From the NCBI GenBank assembly GCA_963728245.1, contig CAVSJH010000001.1:493154-557153 (forward strand): 64,000 nt of DNA. The letters run 5' to 3'. The DNA is from an uncultured Trueperaceae bacterium. Lineage in GTDB: Bacteria > Deinococcota > Deinococci > Deinococcales > Trueperaceae. A program made the position numbers and the translations under genes. Below the pieces are notes generated by a model, which was given only the letters and a program-made list of their open reading frames with translations, did not search any database and was not told where the DNA came from. The number at the start of each line of letters is the position of its first letter. The first letter of the stretch is position 1. Positions 8,787-18,432 of this stretch are shown here, piece after piece.

Positions 8787-10111
8787 GACACCGCGATCCG
8801 CGCGCATGGATCTGGTTCGTCGGCATCCTCGTCGTCGCGTTCGGCGGCGCCGTGGCCCTCCTCGCCAACCTCCCCGAAGAGACCGTGCGCGAGCGCTTCA
8901 TCGTGATCCCCAACGGTTGGGCGTACCTGCTCGGCGCGTTCGTCCTCGCGGTCGCCGGCATCGCCAGCGCCGCGTACGCCTACGGCCTGGCGGTCCGGCC
9001 GGGGCGCGCGCGGGCGTACGCCCTGACGGCGGGCACCCACCTCTTCATCTGGGGCGTGATCGGCGCGGTCTTCTACCCGGTCGTTTACCTCCTGGCCGTG
9101 TCGTTCAACCGCAACGACACGCTCGCGGGCGCGCTGCCGCGCACCGGCAACCTGTTCGTGCGCTCCGGCGTCCTGCCCGACCCCGCTGACATCGCGACGA
9201 GCCAGTACGCCAAGGTGCTCGAGCAGACGAACATCCTCGGCTACCAGTGGGGGCTCATCGCGGTCCTCGTGGCCGCCGGCATCGGCGTCCTGGCGCTGCG
9301 CGCCGTCGGGCGCACGGCGCATCTGCCGTCCCACCGCATCGACCAGTGGAGCGGCTACTTGGGGTACGCGATCTTCGCGAGCGTGGCCATCCTCGTGATC
9401 AGCATCCAGCCCGACCAGTTCTACGGGCTCAACGCCGCCGGCGAACGCACCCCGGCGTCGTCCGAGAAGGCCATCGTGCTCTACATCCGCAACACGCTCC
9501 TGGTGTCGGGAACCACGGGCCTGTTCGCGGTCCTCATCGCGACCACGGCCGGTTACGCGTTCGCACGCATGCGGTTCGAAGGGCGCTACACCACGCTGCT
9601 GAGCTTCGTGTTCGTGCAGATGTTCCCCGGCTTCATGGCGCTCGTGGCGATCTACTGGCTGATGGTGCGCCTCGACCTGCTCAACACCTTCACCGGCCTC
9701 ATCCTCGCGTACTCCGGCGGCGCGATCGCCTTCTCGGCCTGGATCTTCAAGGGCTACCTCGAGTCGATCAGCCCGGCGCTCGAAGAGTCGGCGATGGTCG
9801 ACGGCGCCACCCGGTGGGGGGCGTTCTTCCGGATCATCCTGCCGGTGTCGATCCCGATGCTGCTGTTCATCTTCTTGCTCCAGTTCATCGGCACGTACAG
9901 CGAGTTCATCCTCGCCAACACCCTCTTGCAGGGTCAGGAGAACTGGACGGTCGGGATGGGCCTGCGCAACTTCACCACGGGGCGTTTCGACACCCAGTGG
10001 GGGGCGTTGGCAGCGAGCGCCGTGCTGGGGTCGATCCCCATCCTGCTGATCTTCTACTCGTTCCAGGACGCGCTCACCGGGCAACACGCGGCCGGAGGCG
10101 TCAAGGGATAG
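8783..10111 (+). CDS. ABC sugar permease, MalG-like with extended N-terminal TM region
   Basis: GTG 8783 overlaps the MalF-like stop (GTGA). EAA loop LEESAMVDGATRWGAFFRIILP. In frame with ORF 8195..10111. Confidence 0.85.
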   Translation: MRHRDPRAWIWFVGILVVAFGGAVALLANLPEETVRERFIVIPNGWAYLLGAFVLAVAGIASAAYAYGLAVRPGRARAYALTAGTHLFIWGVIGAVFYPVVYLLAVSFNRNDTLAGALPRTGNLFVRSGVLPDPADIATSQYAKVLEQTNILGYQWGLIAVLVAAGIGVLALRAVGRTAHLPSHRIDQWSGYLGYAIFASVAILVISIQPDQFYGLNAAGERTPASSEKAIVLYIRNTLLVSGTTGLFAVLIATTAGYAFARMRFEGRYTTLLSFVFVQMFPGFMALVAIYWLMVRLDLLNTFTGLILAYSGGAIAFSAWIFKGYLESISPALEESAMVDGATRWGAFFRIILPVSIPMLLFIFLLQFIGTYSEFILANTLLQGQENWTVGMGLRNFTTGRFDTQWGALAASAVLGSIPILLIFYSFQDALTGQHAAGGVKG

Positions 10112-10185
10112 GGCCGCCGAGGCCGCGCGCCTGCCCATGGGCGGCGTGACGCGCTCTGGTAGCCTGAGACGCTTGGAGGTCTCAC

Positions 10186-11679
10186 ATGGCCGACGTCGTC
10201 CTCGCCCTCGATCAGGGCACGACCAGTTCCCGCGCCATCGTCTTCGATCATGGCGGACGCGTCCAGGGCTCGGGCCAGAAGGAGTTCGGTCAGTCCTACC
10301 CTCGGCCCGGATGGGTGGAGCACGACGCGAACGAGATCTGGTCGACGCAGTCGGGTGTGGTGTCCGAGGCGTTGGCGGCCGCGAACGTCCACGCCAGCGA
10401 CGTCCACGCCATCGGGATCACCAACCAGCGCGAGACCACCGTCTTGTGGGACCGGGCCACGCTGAGACCCGTGGCACCCGCGATCGTCTGGCAGGACCGT
10501 CGCACGGCCGCGGAGGTCGATCGACTCGCCGTCGACGAGGCGAACGTGGCGCTGGTGCGCGAACGCTCAGGGCTGGTGATGGACGCCTACTTCTCGGCCA
10601 GCAAGCTGGCGTGGCTCCTCGAGCACGTCCCGGGAGCCCGCGACCGTGCCGAGCGCGGCGAGCTGGCGTTCGGCACGATCGACAGCTGGCTCGTGGCGCG
10701 CTTGACGCGCGGCGAGGTGCACGTCACCGACGTGTCGAACGCCAGCCGTACGGCGCTCTTCAACCTGCACCGGCTGGACTGGGACGACGACCTGCTCGAA
10801 ATGTGGGGCGTTCCGCGTGCGGTGCTCCCGACGATCCGCAGTTCTTCGGAGGTCTACGGGCACGTCGCCGACGGTCTCCCCTGTGCCGGGGCCCCGATCG
10901 CCGGCATCGCCGGCGATCAACAGGCCGCCACCTTCGGGCAAGCCTGTTTCACGCCAGGTCAGGCGAAGAACACGTACGGCACGGGCTGCTTCCTGGTCCT
11001 GAACACCGGTGACACGCCCGTGCCGTCCGAGCACCGCCTGCTCACGACCGTCGCCTGGCAGCGGCCCGGCGAGCTCCGGTACGCGCTCGAGGGTTCGATC
11101 TTCGTGGCCGGCGCCGTCGTGCAGTGGTTGCGCGACGGCCTCGGCGTGATCCGCCGCTCCGAGGACGTCGAGGCCCTGGCGACGTCCGTGCCCGATACCG
11201 GTGGCGTCTACCTGGTGCCGGCCTTCGCCGGCCTCGGCGCCCCCCATTGGGACCCGTACGCCCGTGGCACCATCGTGGGCATGACGCGTGGGACCACGGC
11301 CGCCCACCTCGCCCGGGCGGCCCTCGAGGCGATCGCGTACCAGACCGTCGACGTCATCGAGGCGATGGCGGGGGACGCCCATCGACCGCTGGCCGAGCTC
11401 CGCGTCGACGGGGGCGCGGCGCGCAACGACCACTTGATGCAGTTCCAAGCCGACATGCTCGGTGTGAGCGTGGTGCGTCCCGAGGTCACCGAGACGACGG
11501 CGCTCGGCGCCGCCTACCTGGCGGGCCTCGCGACGGGGCTCTGGCGCGACACCGACGAGGTCGCGGCCCAATGGCGCGAGGACCGTCGCTTCGAACCGTC
11601 GATGGACGAAGACGAGCGCGCCGCACGTCTCGTCGACTGGCGCCGCGCGCTCGACCGGTCCAAGGGGTGGGTGGCGTGA
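10186..11679 (+). CDS. glpK: glycerol kinase
   Basis: 497-aa ORF with a FGGY kinase N-terminus ([16 protein letters not shown]) and [20 protein letters not shown] upstream. Confidence 0.97.
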   Translation: MADVVLALDQGTTSSRAIVFDHGGRVQGSGQKEFGQSYPRPGWVEHDANEIWSTQSGVVSEALAAANVHASDVHAIGITNQRETTVLWDRATLRPVAPAIVWQDRRTAAEVDRLAVDEANVALVRERSGLVMDAYFSASKLAWLLEHVPGARDRAERGELAFGTIDSWLVARLTRGEVHVTDVSNASRTALFNLHRLDWDDDLLEMWGVPRAVLPTIRSSSEVYGHVADGLPCAGAPIAGIAGDQQAATFGQACFTPGQAKNTYGTGCFLVLNTGDTPVPSEHRLLTTVAWQRPGELRYALEGSIFVAGAVVQWLRDGLGVIRRSEDVEALATSVPDTGGVYLVPAFAGLGAPHWDPYARGTIVGMTRGTTAAHLARAALEAIAYQTVDVIEAMAGDAHRPLAELRVDGGAARNDHLMQFQADMLGVSVVRPEVTETTALGAAYLAGLATGLWRDTDEVAAQWREDRRFEPSMDEDERAARLVDWRRALDRSKGWVA

Positions 11680-13277
11680 GCGCCATTGGCGTCGGGGGTC
11701 GGCGCGCCGACCACCGACGGGCCCTCGGCGAGGCCACCGAACCGTTCGACCTGCTGATCGTGGGTGGCGGCGCCACGGGCGCCGGGGCCGCCCTCGACGC
11801 GGTCAGCCGCGGTCTCCGCGTGGCACTCGTCGAACGCCGCGACCTCTCCGCGGGGACGAGCAGCCGCAGCACCAAGCTCATCCACGGTGGTGTGCGGTAC
11901 CTCGAGAAGGCCGTCAAGCAGTTCGACCGGAGCCAGTTCGCCCTCGTCCGCGACGCCTTGCACGAGCGTGCCGTCCTGATCCGCAACGCGCCGCACCTGT
12001 GCCACCCGCTCCCGTTGGTGACGCCCCTGTACAACTGGCTGCAGGTCCCATACTTCATGACCGGCCTGAAGCTCTACGACTGGCTGGCGGGACGCACCAA
12101 CTTGCATCCGAGCCGATTCGTCGACGCCAGCGAGGCCAAGCGGCGCTTCCCGCAGCTCAAGGACGAGGGCCTTCGCGGCGGCGTCATCTACTACGACGGC
12201 CAGTTCGACGACGCCCGGATGAACGTGGCGATCGCCATGAGCGCCGTCGAGCGCGGCGCGGTCGTGCTCACCCATGCGGCCGTGACCGCGCTGCACGTCG
12301 AAGCCGGACGTGTGGTGGGGGCCACCGTGACCGACGAACTCGACGGCAGCGAGGTCGTCGTACGCGCGCGTGCGGTGGTGAACGCGGCGGGACCCTTCGT
12401 CGACGAGGTGCGTCGCCTCGAGGACCCCGACGCCGCACCGATGCTCTCGGCCTCTTCCGGCGTGCACATCGTGCTCGACGAGCGCTTCTCGCCGCCCGAC
12501 ACCGGCCTGTTGATCCCGCAGACCGAGGACGGACGGGTCCTGTTCTTGTTGCCCTGGCAGGGCGCCACCCTGGTGGGGACGACGGACGAGCCGGCCCCGG
12601 TGACCGAGGACCCGGAGGCCACCGAAGCCGAGATCGCCTACATCCTGCGTCACCTCGCGCAGTACTTCTCGGTGCCGGTGACGCGTGCCGACGTCCGGGC
12701 CGCCTGGTCGGGTCTGCGCCCGCTGGTGTCGGACCCGGCCGCGTCGGACACGGCCCGCCTCTCGCGAGATCACGTCGTGCACGTCAGCGATCACGGTCTC
12801 GTGACGATCGCCGGTGGCAAGTGGACCACCTATCGGCGCATGGCGGTCGACGCCGTGGACGCGGCCGTGACCGCGGGGCGACTGAGCCACGCGGGACCGT
12901 CCGCGACCGTCGACCTGAAGCTCATGGGCGCCGAACGGTTCGATCTCACCGGCGCCGGTGCGTTGCAGGAGCGTGGCTTCCCCGCGGACGTCGCCAGCCA
13001 CCTGCACCTCGCCTACGGGGATCGTGCCGGGCTCGTGGCCGACCTGGCCGTCGACGGGCTCGACGCGCGGCTGGCCGAGGGCCATCCCTACGTGGAAGCC
13101 GAGGTCGTGTACGCCGTGCGATTCGAACTGGCCGTCACCGGTCACGACGTGTTGCATCGTCGGACCCGTCTGGCCTTCCTCGATGCGGCTGCGGCCGAGG
13201 CGGCGCGACCCCGGGTGGACGAGCTCGTCGCGGCGGAGCTCGGTCAGGGCCCCGCCGAACCCGTCAGACGCTCGTGA
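11676..13277 (+). CDS. glpD: FAD-dependent glycerol-3-phosphate dehydrogenase
   Basis: GTG 11676 overlaps the glpK stop (GTGA). FAD-binding fold [23 protein letters not shown]. Adjacent to glpK. Confidence 0.93.
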   Translation: MSAIGVGGRRADHRRALGEATEPFDLLIVGGGATGAGAALDAVSRGLRVALVERRDLSAGTSSRSTKLIHGGVRYLEKAVKQFDRSQFALVRDALHERAVLIRNAPHLCHPLPLVTPLYNWLQVPYFMTGLKLYDWLAGRTNLHPSRFVDASEAKRRFPQLKDEGLRGGVIYYDGQFDDARMNVAIAMSAVERGAVVLTHAAVTALHVEAGRVVGATVTDELDGSEVVVRARAVVNAAGPFVDEVRRLEDPDAAPMLSASSGVHIVLDERFSPPDTGLLIPQTEDGRVLFLLPWQGATLVGTTDEPAPVTEDPEATEAEIAYILRHLAQYFSVPVTRADVRAAWSGLRPLVSDPAASDTARLSRDHVVHVSDHGLVTIAGGKWTTYRRMAVDAVDAAVTAGRLSHAGPSATVDLKLMGAERFDLTGAGALQERGFPADVASHLHLAYGDRAGLVADLAVDGLDARLAEGHPYVEAEVVYAVRFELAVTGHDVLHRRTRLAFLDAAAAEAARPRVDELVAAELGQGPAEPVRRS

Positions 13278-13302
13278 GGGCCGCCCTGGTATCCCTGGGC
13301 GC

Positions 13303-13623
13303 ATGGCCAAGCCCGCCCCGTTCCCCCGCGTCGTCTCATCCCGCGCCGGCATCGGTCCCGTCGACGTCCCGCTGCGGCCCCTGTGCCCCGCCTGCGGTGC
13401 CGAACGACTCGCGATCCGTACGGAGATGAGCGTCACGTTCGACGTCGTCGCGTCCGCGGTGCAGGTGAGCGAGCTGCAGGTGGTCGACCATCGCCTGGAC
13501 GGGTGCGGGTGGGACGAGGACGATCGGGCCGGGTGCGGTGTGTGTGGTTGGGAAGGCACCGTGCACGAGCTGCGCCCGGTGCGGGGTCGCGAACGCCCCG
13601 GCCTGCGGGCCGGGCGGGACTGA
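13303..13623 (+). CDS. small hypothetical protein with two Cys pairs (zinc-ribbon-like)
   Basis: 106-aa reading from ATG 13303 in ORF 12958..13623. Contains CPACG and CGVCG plus an extra Cys. A promoter-like TGGTATCCCT lies 7 nt upstream of the ATG. No family recognised. Confidence 0.45.
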   Translation: MAKPAPFPRVVSSRAGIGPVDVPLRPLCPACGAERLAIRTEMSVTFDVVASAVQVSELQVVDHRLDGCGWDEDDRAGCGVCGWEGTVHELRPVRGRERPGLRAGRD

Positions 13624-13694
13624 AGCGTCGCGGCGTCGGTCGACGCGAGCCGCTACACTTGCGCGAGGAGAGGCACCGACGCACGCCCTTCCCT

Positions 13695-13780
13695 GCCGGG
13701 ATGGCGAAACGGTAGACGCAGCAGACTTAAAATCTGCAGCCCGAGAGGGCGTGCGGGTTCGATTCCCGCTCCCGGCACCA
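13695..13780 (+). tRNA. tRNA-Leu (anticodon UAA)
   Basis: Acceptor GCCGGGA/TCCCGGC. Anticodon arm GCAGA-CTTAAAA-TCTGC. Long variable arm. T-arm GCGGG-TTCGATT-CCCGC. Encoded CCA. Confidence 0.95.
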
Positions 13781-13843
13781 GCCCGACGAACGGACCCGAG
13801 GACCAGGCCGTCGTGGCCGCTCCGCGGCCCCTCCGCCCGGGCG

Positions 13844-14515
13844 TCAGCGTGTCGGCGTCTCGTCGGTGCGTACGGAGAACGGTGTCTCGATCCGTTGCAG
13901 GTCGAGTCGCTGCGCCTCTTCCAACCATGTGCGTGCGACCCGACGTTGCTGACGCTCACCCAGGTCGGTCGGCATGACCGAGAGCGGGTGCACGAGGGTT
14001 CCGTCGTCGCGGTCGTCGATCACCTCGAAGCTCCGCTCCGCGGCCGTGGGCAACAGCTCGGGACCGATGAACCCGACCACGCGAACCGTGATCCGCGCGC
14101 CGTCGCGTGCCGACGGCCGCCGTTCGTGCACGCCGGCGGCGGTGAGCAGGGCGTCGAAGGTGCCGATCTCCAGGTACGAGCCCGAACTCAGGGGCCCCTG
14201 GCGGGCGAGTCCAGGCGGGTCCGCGTCCGGCGCGTCCGCGGCCTTCGGCGGTTTGGGCTGGAAGGTCAGGCGCTCGCCGTCGTGGTCGACGTCGATCAGG
14301 ACGGCCGCGACGTGGACGGCGATCGGGCTCATGTTGGCGACGATGCACCGATCACCGACGTCCAGGCCGCCCGCCTCGTGGATGAGGAGCTTGGGCCGCC
14401 GCTGGTCGCGAAACGACAGGTAGAACAGATGCAGGTAGGCGAGCCAGATGAAGAGCGTGCCCAACGACGTCAGCGCGGTCAGCACGGAGACGTTCTCGCG
14501 TACCCAGTCGATCAT
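13844..14515 (-). CDS. hypothetical membrane-anchored protein
   Basis: 223-aa ORF with natural composition and high GC3. N-terminal TM helix (VSVLTALTSLGTLFIWLAYLHLFYL). The opposite-strand ORF 13538..14527 is an Arg/Gly-rich shadow. TACCCT box 5 nt upstream of the ATG. Confidence 0.65.
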   Translation of the reverse strand: MIDWVRENVSVLTALTSLGTLFIWLAYLHLFYLSFRDQRRPKLLIHEAGGLDVGDRCIVANMSPIAVHVAAVLIDVDHDGERLTFQPKPPKAADAPDADPPGLARQGPLSSGSYLEIGTFDALLTAAGVHERRPSARDGARITVRVVGFIGPELLPTAAERSFEVIDDRDDGTLVHPLSVMPTDLGERQQRRVARTWLEEAQRLDLQRIETPFSVRTDETPTR

Positions 14516-14758
14516 GCCTCAGGGTAGCCGCGTGCGTCGTTTCGCGACCCTCAGGGCGCACGTGGCGGCGCGTGGCCGTGCAAGTGCACCGGGCCGCCGC
14601 GAAGGTGCGTGCTAGCTTCGTCGAAGAGCGTCCGCCCTCGGACCGTCCGAAGTCGTGCGTCTCCGACAGCGATCTTGGTTGATGCCGGCGCCGCAGGCGC
14701 AGGCCCGATGGGAGGCCATGACGTGGCGGACCCTGAACTCGAGAAGGAGGACAAGGCG

Positions 14759-15097
14759 ATGAAACGTGACGTCGAGCAGTTGAAGGATGATTTCGGAAAG
14801 CTTCGTGAGGACGCCGGCAAGACGTCGGCGCAAGCGTCCGACCGGGCCAAGGCTGCGGCCGACGAGGCCCTTCACAAGCTCCAGAACGAAGCCGAATCGA
14901 TCAGCGATCGGGTGAAGAACGCCGGTGAGAGCGCCCGTGACCGGGCCGGCCAGCTGAAGGACCGCGCGCTGCACGGTGGCGAGAACGCGCTTTCGACCGT
15001 GCAACACCGGGTCGAAGAGCAGCCGATGATGGCGACCGCGATCGCGCTCGGTGTCGGACTGGTGCTGGGGTTGCTGTTGGGTCGCCGGAGCGACTAG
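14759..15097 (+). CDS. DUF883 family (YqjD/ElaB-like) C-tail-anchored protein
   Basis: ATG 14759 preceded by AAGGAGG. Helical, charged N-part (DVEQLKDDFGKLREDAGK...), then the C-terminal anchor MMATAIALGVGLVLGLLLGRR. Confidence 0.75.
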   Translation: MKRDVEQLKDDFGKLREDAGKTSAQASDRAKAAADEALHKLQNEAESISDRVKNAGESARDRAGQLKDRALHGGENALSTVQHRVEEQPMMATAIALGVGLVLGLLLGRRSD

Positions 15098-15101
15098 CGC
15101 C

Positions 15102-15398
15102 GTGGTGAAGCACCTCGTGGCGATCCTCGTCGCGCTCGTCGAGCTCCTCGACGCGGAGGCCGTGCGATTGAAGCTCGGCCTCCGGAAGCTGCTGACCTTC
15201 GGCGCGCTGGCGGCGGTCGCCGCCGTGCTCGGTCCGGCGGTCCTCGTGTTCGCGAGCGGGTTCGTCCTCTGGGCGCTGTTCCTCGCGCTCGCTTCGACCA
15301 TGACGCTCGCGGGCGCCGCGCTCGCCACCGCGCTGATCGTCGGGTTCGTGTTTGGAGGTGCGGTATGGCTGGTCAGTCGACGACTGAAGAGGACGTGA
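15102..15398 (+). CDS. YqjE-like / holin-X family small membrane protein
   Basis: GTG 15102 lies 5 nt after the previous stop. About 98 aa with two long hydrophobic segments. Same position as yqjE in the E. coli yqjD-yqjE-yqjK arrangement. Confidence 0.6.
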   Translation: MVKHLVAILVALVELLDAEAVRLKLGLRKLLTFGALAAVAAVLGPAVLVFASGFVLWALFLALASTMTLAGAALATALIVGFVFGGAVWLVSRRLKRT

Positions 15399-15664
15399 AG
15401 ACGCGGATCGCCGTCGCGAAGGCCCGTTTGGCGGCGATCGCCGAGGAGATCGACGGTCGACCGAGGTGGACCGATCGGACGGCCCTGGCGCTGCGCTCCA
15501 ATCCCTGGCGAGGCGTCGGGGCGGCGCTGCTGCTCGGACTCGTGTTGGGGGCCAGCCGTCGCACGGCCCTTCCCCTCGCGCCGGTGGTGGCGCGCTACGT
15601 GGGGCAGAACGCCGGTTCGGTCCTCGAGCAGGTTCGCGCGTACGCGACGCGGCCGCGTTCCTAG
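15395..15664 (+). CDS. YqjK-like small membrane protein
   Basis: GTG 15395 overlaps the previous stop (GTGA); ATG 15365 is an alternative. Helical N-part, one TM (GVGAALLLGLVLGA). Assignment rests on architecture and context only. Confidence 0.5.
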   Translation: MKTRIAVAKARLAAIAEEIDGRPRWTDRTALALRSNPWRGVGAALLLGLVLGASRRTALPLAPVVARYVGQNAGSVLEQVRAYATRPRS

Positions 15665-15728
15665 GAGCACCTACGCCACCGCGACGATCTCGTCCCCTGT
15701 CCGAACCCGAACCACAAGCGCGGACCTC

Positions 15729-16793
15729 GTGATCGAGTCCTTCCGGACCGTTTGGGCCAACCCGTACGTCAAGGCCGCGACGGGGCTCGTGGTCCTCTAC
15801 GTCCTGTTCCGCCTCTTCTTGGCGGTGCAGCCGGCGGGCACGCTGTTCCTGATCGCGTTGGGGATCGCCTACCTGTTCAACCCCGTCGTCGATTGGTTCC
15901 AGCGGCGGCGCGTGCATCGCGGGCTCGCCGTGCTGATCGTCGCGATCGGTCTGGTGGCGGGGACCATGGCCGTCACCACCATCAGCTTCGGTGCGATCCG
16001 GGACGCGGTGAACGAGTCCGAGGAGGGCCTGGCCCTCAGCGATACCGTCACCGCGTGGTTCGAGGACCTGCCGAGCACGCTCGAGCGCCTGCTGCCGGGA
16101 CCGATCTTCGACGTCATCTCCGGACCGGTGCGGTCCTGGCGCGAAGCGACCACGCCGCGGATCGAGGAGATCGGGGGCCAGGTCTACGGTGCGGTCAGCG
16201 GCACCGTCGCCCGCGTCGCCAACGCGTTCTTCGTGTTGATCTTGACGGTCTACGTGCTCTACGACTACCACGGCCTCAACGCCGCGCTCTTGCGTGCCCT
16301 GCCACGCCCCTACCAGCCGATGGCCCGATCGCTCGCCGCCACGTTGGACGAGGCGACGGGGGGGTACGTGCGGGGGCAGTTGATCATCGCGGTGGCCGTG
16401 GGCGTCATGGTGTTCGTGGGTCTGACCCTGGTCGGGCTGCCGCTCGCGGGCGTCATCGGCTTCTTGGCCGGGCTCCTCAACATCGTGCCGTTCATCGGCA
16501 CGATCGTGCCGGTGATCCCAGCGGTCTTCTTCGCGCTCTCGGGTGGGTGGATCCAAGTGATCCTCGTGTTGGTGGTCTTCGTCGTCGCGAACCAGATCGA
16601 CACCCACGTGCTCACGCCGATGGTGTTGTCGCGGGCGACCTCGCTGCATCCGGTGACGGTGATGGTGTCCGTGATCGCCGGGTTCGCGGTCGGGGGCCTG
16701 GTGGGCGCCATCCTGGCCGTTCCCCTGAGCGCGTTCCTCAAGACCCTCTACGTCGAGGGGTACCTCAACAGCGACTACCACCGGCGGGGCTGA
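15729..16793 (+). CDS. AI-2E family transporter (PerM/YhhT-like)
   Basis: 354-aa polytopic membrane ORF with a typical family core (GGYVRGQLIIAVAVGVMVFVGL...LLNIVPFIGTIVP). Confidence 0.85.
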   Translation: MIESFRTVWANPYVKAATGLVVLYVLFRLFLAVQPAGTLFLIALGIAYLFNPVVDWFQRRRVHRGLAVLIVAIGLVAGTMAVTTISFGAIRDAVNESEEGLALSDTVTAWFEDLPSTLERLLPGPIFDVISGPVRSWREATTPRIEEIGGQVYGAVSGTVARVANAFFVLILTVYVLYDYHGLNAALLRALPRPYQPMARSLAATLDEATGGYVRGQLIIAVAVGVMVFVGLTLVGLPLAGVIGFLAGLLNIVPFIGTIVPVIPAVFFALSGGWIQVILVLVVFVVANQIDTHVLTPMVLSRATSLHPVTVMVSVIAGFAVGGLVGAILAVPLSAFLKTLYVEGYLNSDYHRRG

Positions 16794-16811
16794 GCGACCC
16801 CGCCAACGAAC

Positions 16812-16837
16812 GGGCCCCCGCTGCCGGGGGCCCTTCG
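16812..16837 (+). terminator. GC hairpin terminator after the AI-2E gene
   Basis: GGGCCCCCG-CTGC-CGGGGGCCC followed by TTCGC, 19 nt after the stop. Confidence 0.6.
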
Positions 16838-16861
16838 CAACCGCCCGCACACGGGCGCCGT

Positions 16862-16938
16862 TGGTAGCGATGGACGGGCTCGAACCGTCGACCTCACGAT
16901 TATGAGTCGTGCGCTCTAACCAGCTGAGCTACATCGCC
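16862..16938 (-). tRNA. tRNA-Met (anticodon CAU; a lysidine-modified tRNA-Ile2 cannot be excluded)
   Basis: Minus strand reads GGCGATG-TA-GCTC-AGCTGGTTA-GAGC-G-CACGA-CTCATAA-TCGTG-AGGTC-GACGG-TTCGAGC-CCGTC-CATCGCT-A-CCA (77 nt). Confidence 0.93.
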
Positions 16939-16968
16939 GCACGCCGACGTTCGCACGCCGGGCAGCCG

Positions 16969-16997
16969 AAGATACCCCTTCCGGCGCGGGAACTCAA
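16969..16997 (-). promoter_or_regulatory. candidate promoter of tRNA-Met
   Basis: Minus strand: TTGAGT, 17-nt spacer, TATCTT. It ends about 30 nt upstream of the tRNA 5' end. Confidence 0.45.
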
Positions 16998-17036
16998 GCA
17001 ACCTCACGACGCCGACGGCTGGGCGCTCGCGGGACG

Positions 17037-17840
17037 CTACAGGTCCGGGTCCGCCCGGTACGCGGCCCACTCCGGCTCGTCGGAGTAGAGGAAGCGGTAG
17101 TAGGCCGTCCCCTCGAGGGCCGCCGCTGCCGCCTCGTCGACGATCACCTTGCAGTGGGGATGGAGCTGCAGCGCCGTCGCGCTGATCCGCGCCGTGATCG
17201 GGCCCTCGGTCGCTTGGGCCAGCATGTCGGCCTTCCCGGCGCCGGTCGCCACCAAGAGCACCTCGCGGGCCTCGAGGATGGTACCCACGCCCATCGTCAG
17301 CGCCCGGCTCGGGACCGCGGCCGGATCGCCGCCGAACATCCCTGCGTTCTGGGCGCGTGTGGTGGGCGTGAGCGCCTTCTCGCGCGTGCGCGACATCAAC
17401 GCCGAGAGCGGTTCGTTGAAGCCGATGTGGCCCGTCTCCCCCAGCCCCAGCAGCTGCAGGTCGATGCCGCCCGCGGCCGCGATCGCGCGCTCGTAGTCGC
17501 GCGCTTCCGCCGCGAGGTCCGGGGCGACACCGTTCGGTAGGCGCGTCCGCTCGGCGGGAAGGCCGACGGGTTCGAACAAACGCTCGCGCATGAACGCGTG
17601 GTACGAGCGCGGGTCGGACGCTTCGAGACCGACGTACTCGTCGAGGTTGAAGGTGCGCAGGCGCGACAGGTCGACGTCGCCGCGGCGATGCGTCTCGACG
17701 AGCCGCTCGTAGACCGCTTCCATGGTGCGCCCGGTGGCGCAGCCGAGCACGAGCTCGGGCCGCGCCCGCACCCGGTCGGCCACGATGCGGGCGACGAGGC
17801 GCGCCACGTGCGCAGCGCTGGGTCGGATCAGGATCTCCAC
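17037..17840 (-). CDS. nagB: glucosamine-6-phosphate deaminase
   Basis: 267-aa ORF (GTG start) with LGCATGRTMEAVY, FNLDEYVGL and LLGLGETGHIGFNEP. Confidence 0.92.
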   Translation of the reverse strand: MEILIRPSAAHVARLVARIVADRVRARPELVLGCATGRTMEAVYERLVETHRRGDVDLSRLRTFNLDEYVGLEASDPRSYHAFMRERLFEPVGLPAERTRLPNGVAPDLAAEARDYERAIAAAGGIDLQLLGLGETGHIGFNEPLSALMSRTREKALTPTTRAQNAGMFGGDPAAVPSRALTMGVGTILEAREVLLVATGAGKADMLAQATEGPITARISATALQLHPHCKVIVDEAAAAALEGTAYYRFLYSDEPEWAAYRADPDL

Positions 17841-17916
17841 GTCGCCGGTCTACCACGTGGCTGTGAGCGGCACGCCGGGTGCCGGTCGCTTCACGTGCGC
17901 CGTGAAACGAGGGTAG

Positions 17917-17922
17917 TAGCAT
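17917..17922 (+). promoter_or_regulatory. -10 box (TAGCAT) 6 nt upstream of the mglB ATG (leaderless candidate)
   Basis: GGGTAGTAGCAT-gcccgc-ATG. No SD is present. Confidence 0.4.
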
Positions 17923-17928
17923 GCCCGC

Positions 17929-18432
17929 ATGTTGGAGCCCGCGCTCGATCTGTACGGTGAGGCGGCCGAGCGCGTCGACGGCGTGCTGGTCGACCTATTG
18001 GCGCAGAGCCGCGCCCGCTACGCCCTCGTCGTCGACCGCCAGGGCTTCGTCCTCTTGCACCAGCGCGCGCCCTGGGCACCCAAGCCCCCGTCGCTCGACT
18101 CGCTCGCGACGCTCATCGCCTCGAACCACTCCGCCAACGTGGCGATCGCGCAGCTGTTCGGTGAGGACGGCTTCCGCGAGACGGTCCAGCAGGGCGACGG
18201 CGTGAGCACGTACGTCGAAGCCCTGGGCGACCGGGCGCTGTTGGTGACGGTGTTCGACGACGGCGCCCCGCTCGGCAAGGTCAAGCTGTTCACGAAACGC
18301 GCCGTCCTGCGCATCCGGGATGTGCTGGCCGACGTCCGCGAAGCCCCCCCGGAGCTCGACTTCGGCGGCACCTTCAGCATCGATGCCGGCGCCTTGCTCG
18401 ACGGCCTGTTCGACGATGGGACCCCCTCATGA
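17929..18432 (+). CDS. mglB: Roadblock/LC7-domain GTPase-activating protein MglB
   Basis: 167-aa ORF with a Roadblock-like core ([15 protein letters not shown]...[18 protein letters not shown]). Its stop overlaps the mglA start (ATGA). Confidence 0.85.
   Translation: MLEPALDLYGEAAERVDGVLVDLLAQSRARYALVVDRQGFVLLHQRAPWAPKPPSLDSLATLIASNHSANVAIAQLFGEDGFRETVQQGDGVSTYVEALGDRALLVTVFDDGAPLGKVKLFTKRAVLRIRDVLADVREAPPELDFGGTFSIDAGALLDGLFDDGTPS

Noticed and set aside
13781-14560. Integrated element or genomic islet at the 3' end of tRNA-Leu
   Set aside because: There is no integrase and no direct repeat of the tRNA 3' end downstream. Only one gene is involved, and its GC content and codon usage are indistinguishable from its neighbours.
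15102-15398. Holin-family hit as evidence of a prophage lysis cassette
   Set aside because: No endolysin, spanin or other phage genes are nearby. The gene sits between DUF883 and YqjK-like genes, which is the chromosomal yqjD-yqjE-yqjK arrangement.
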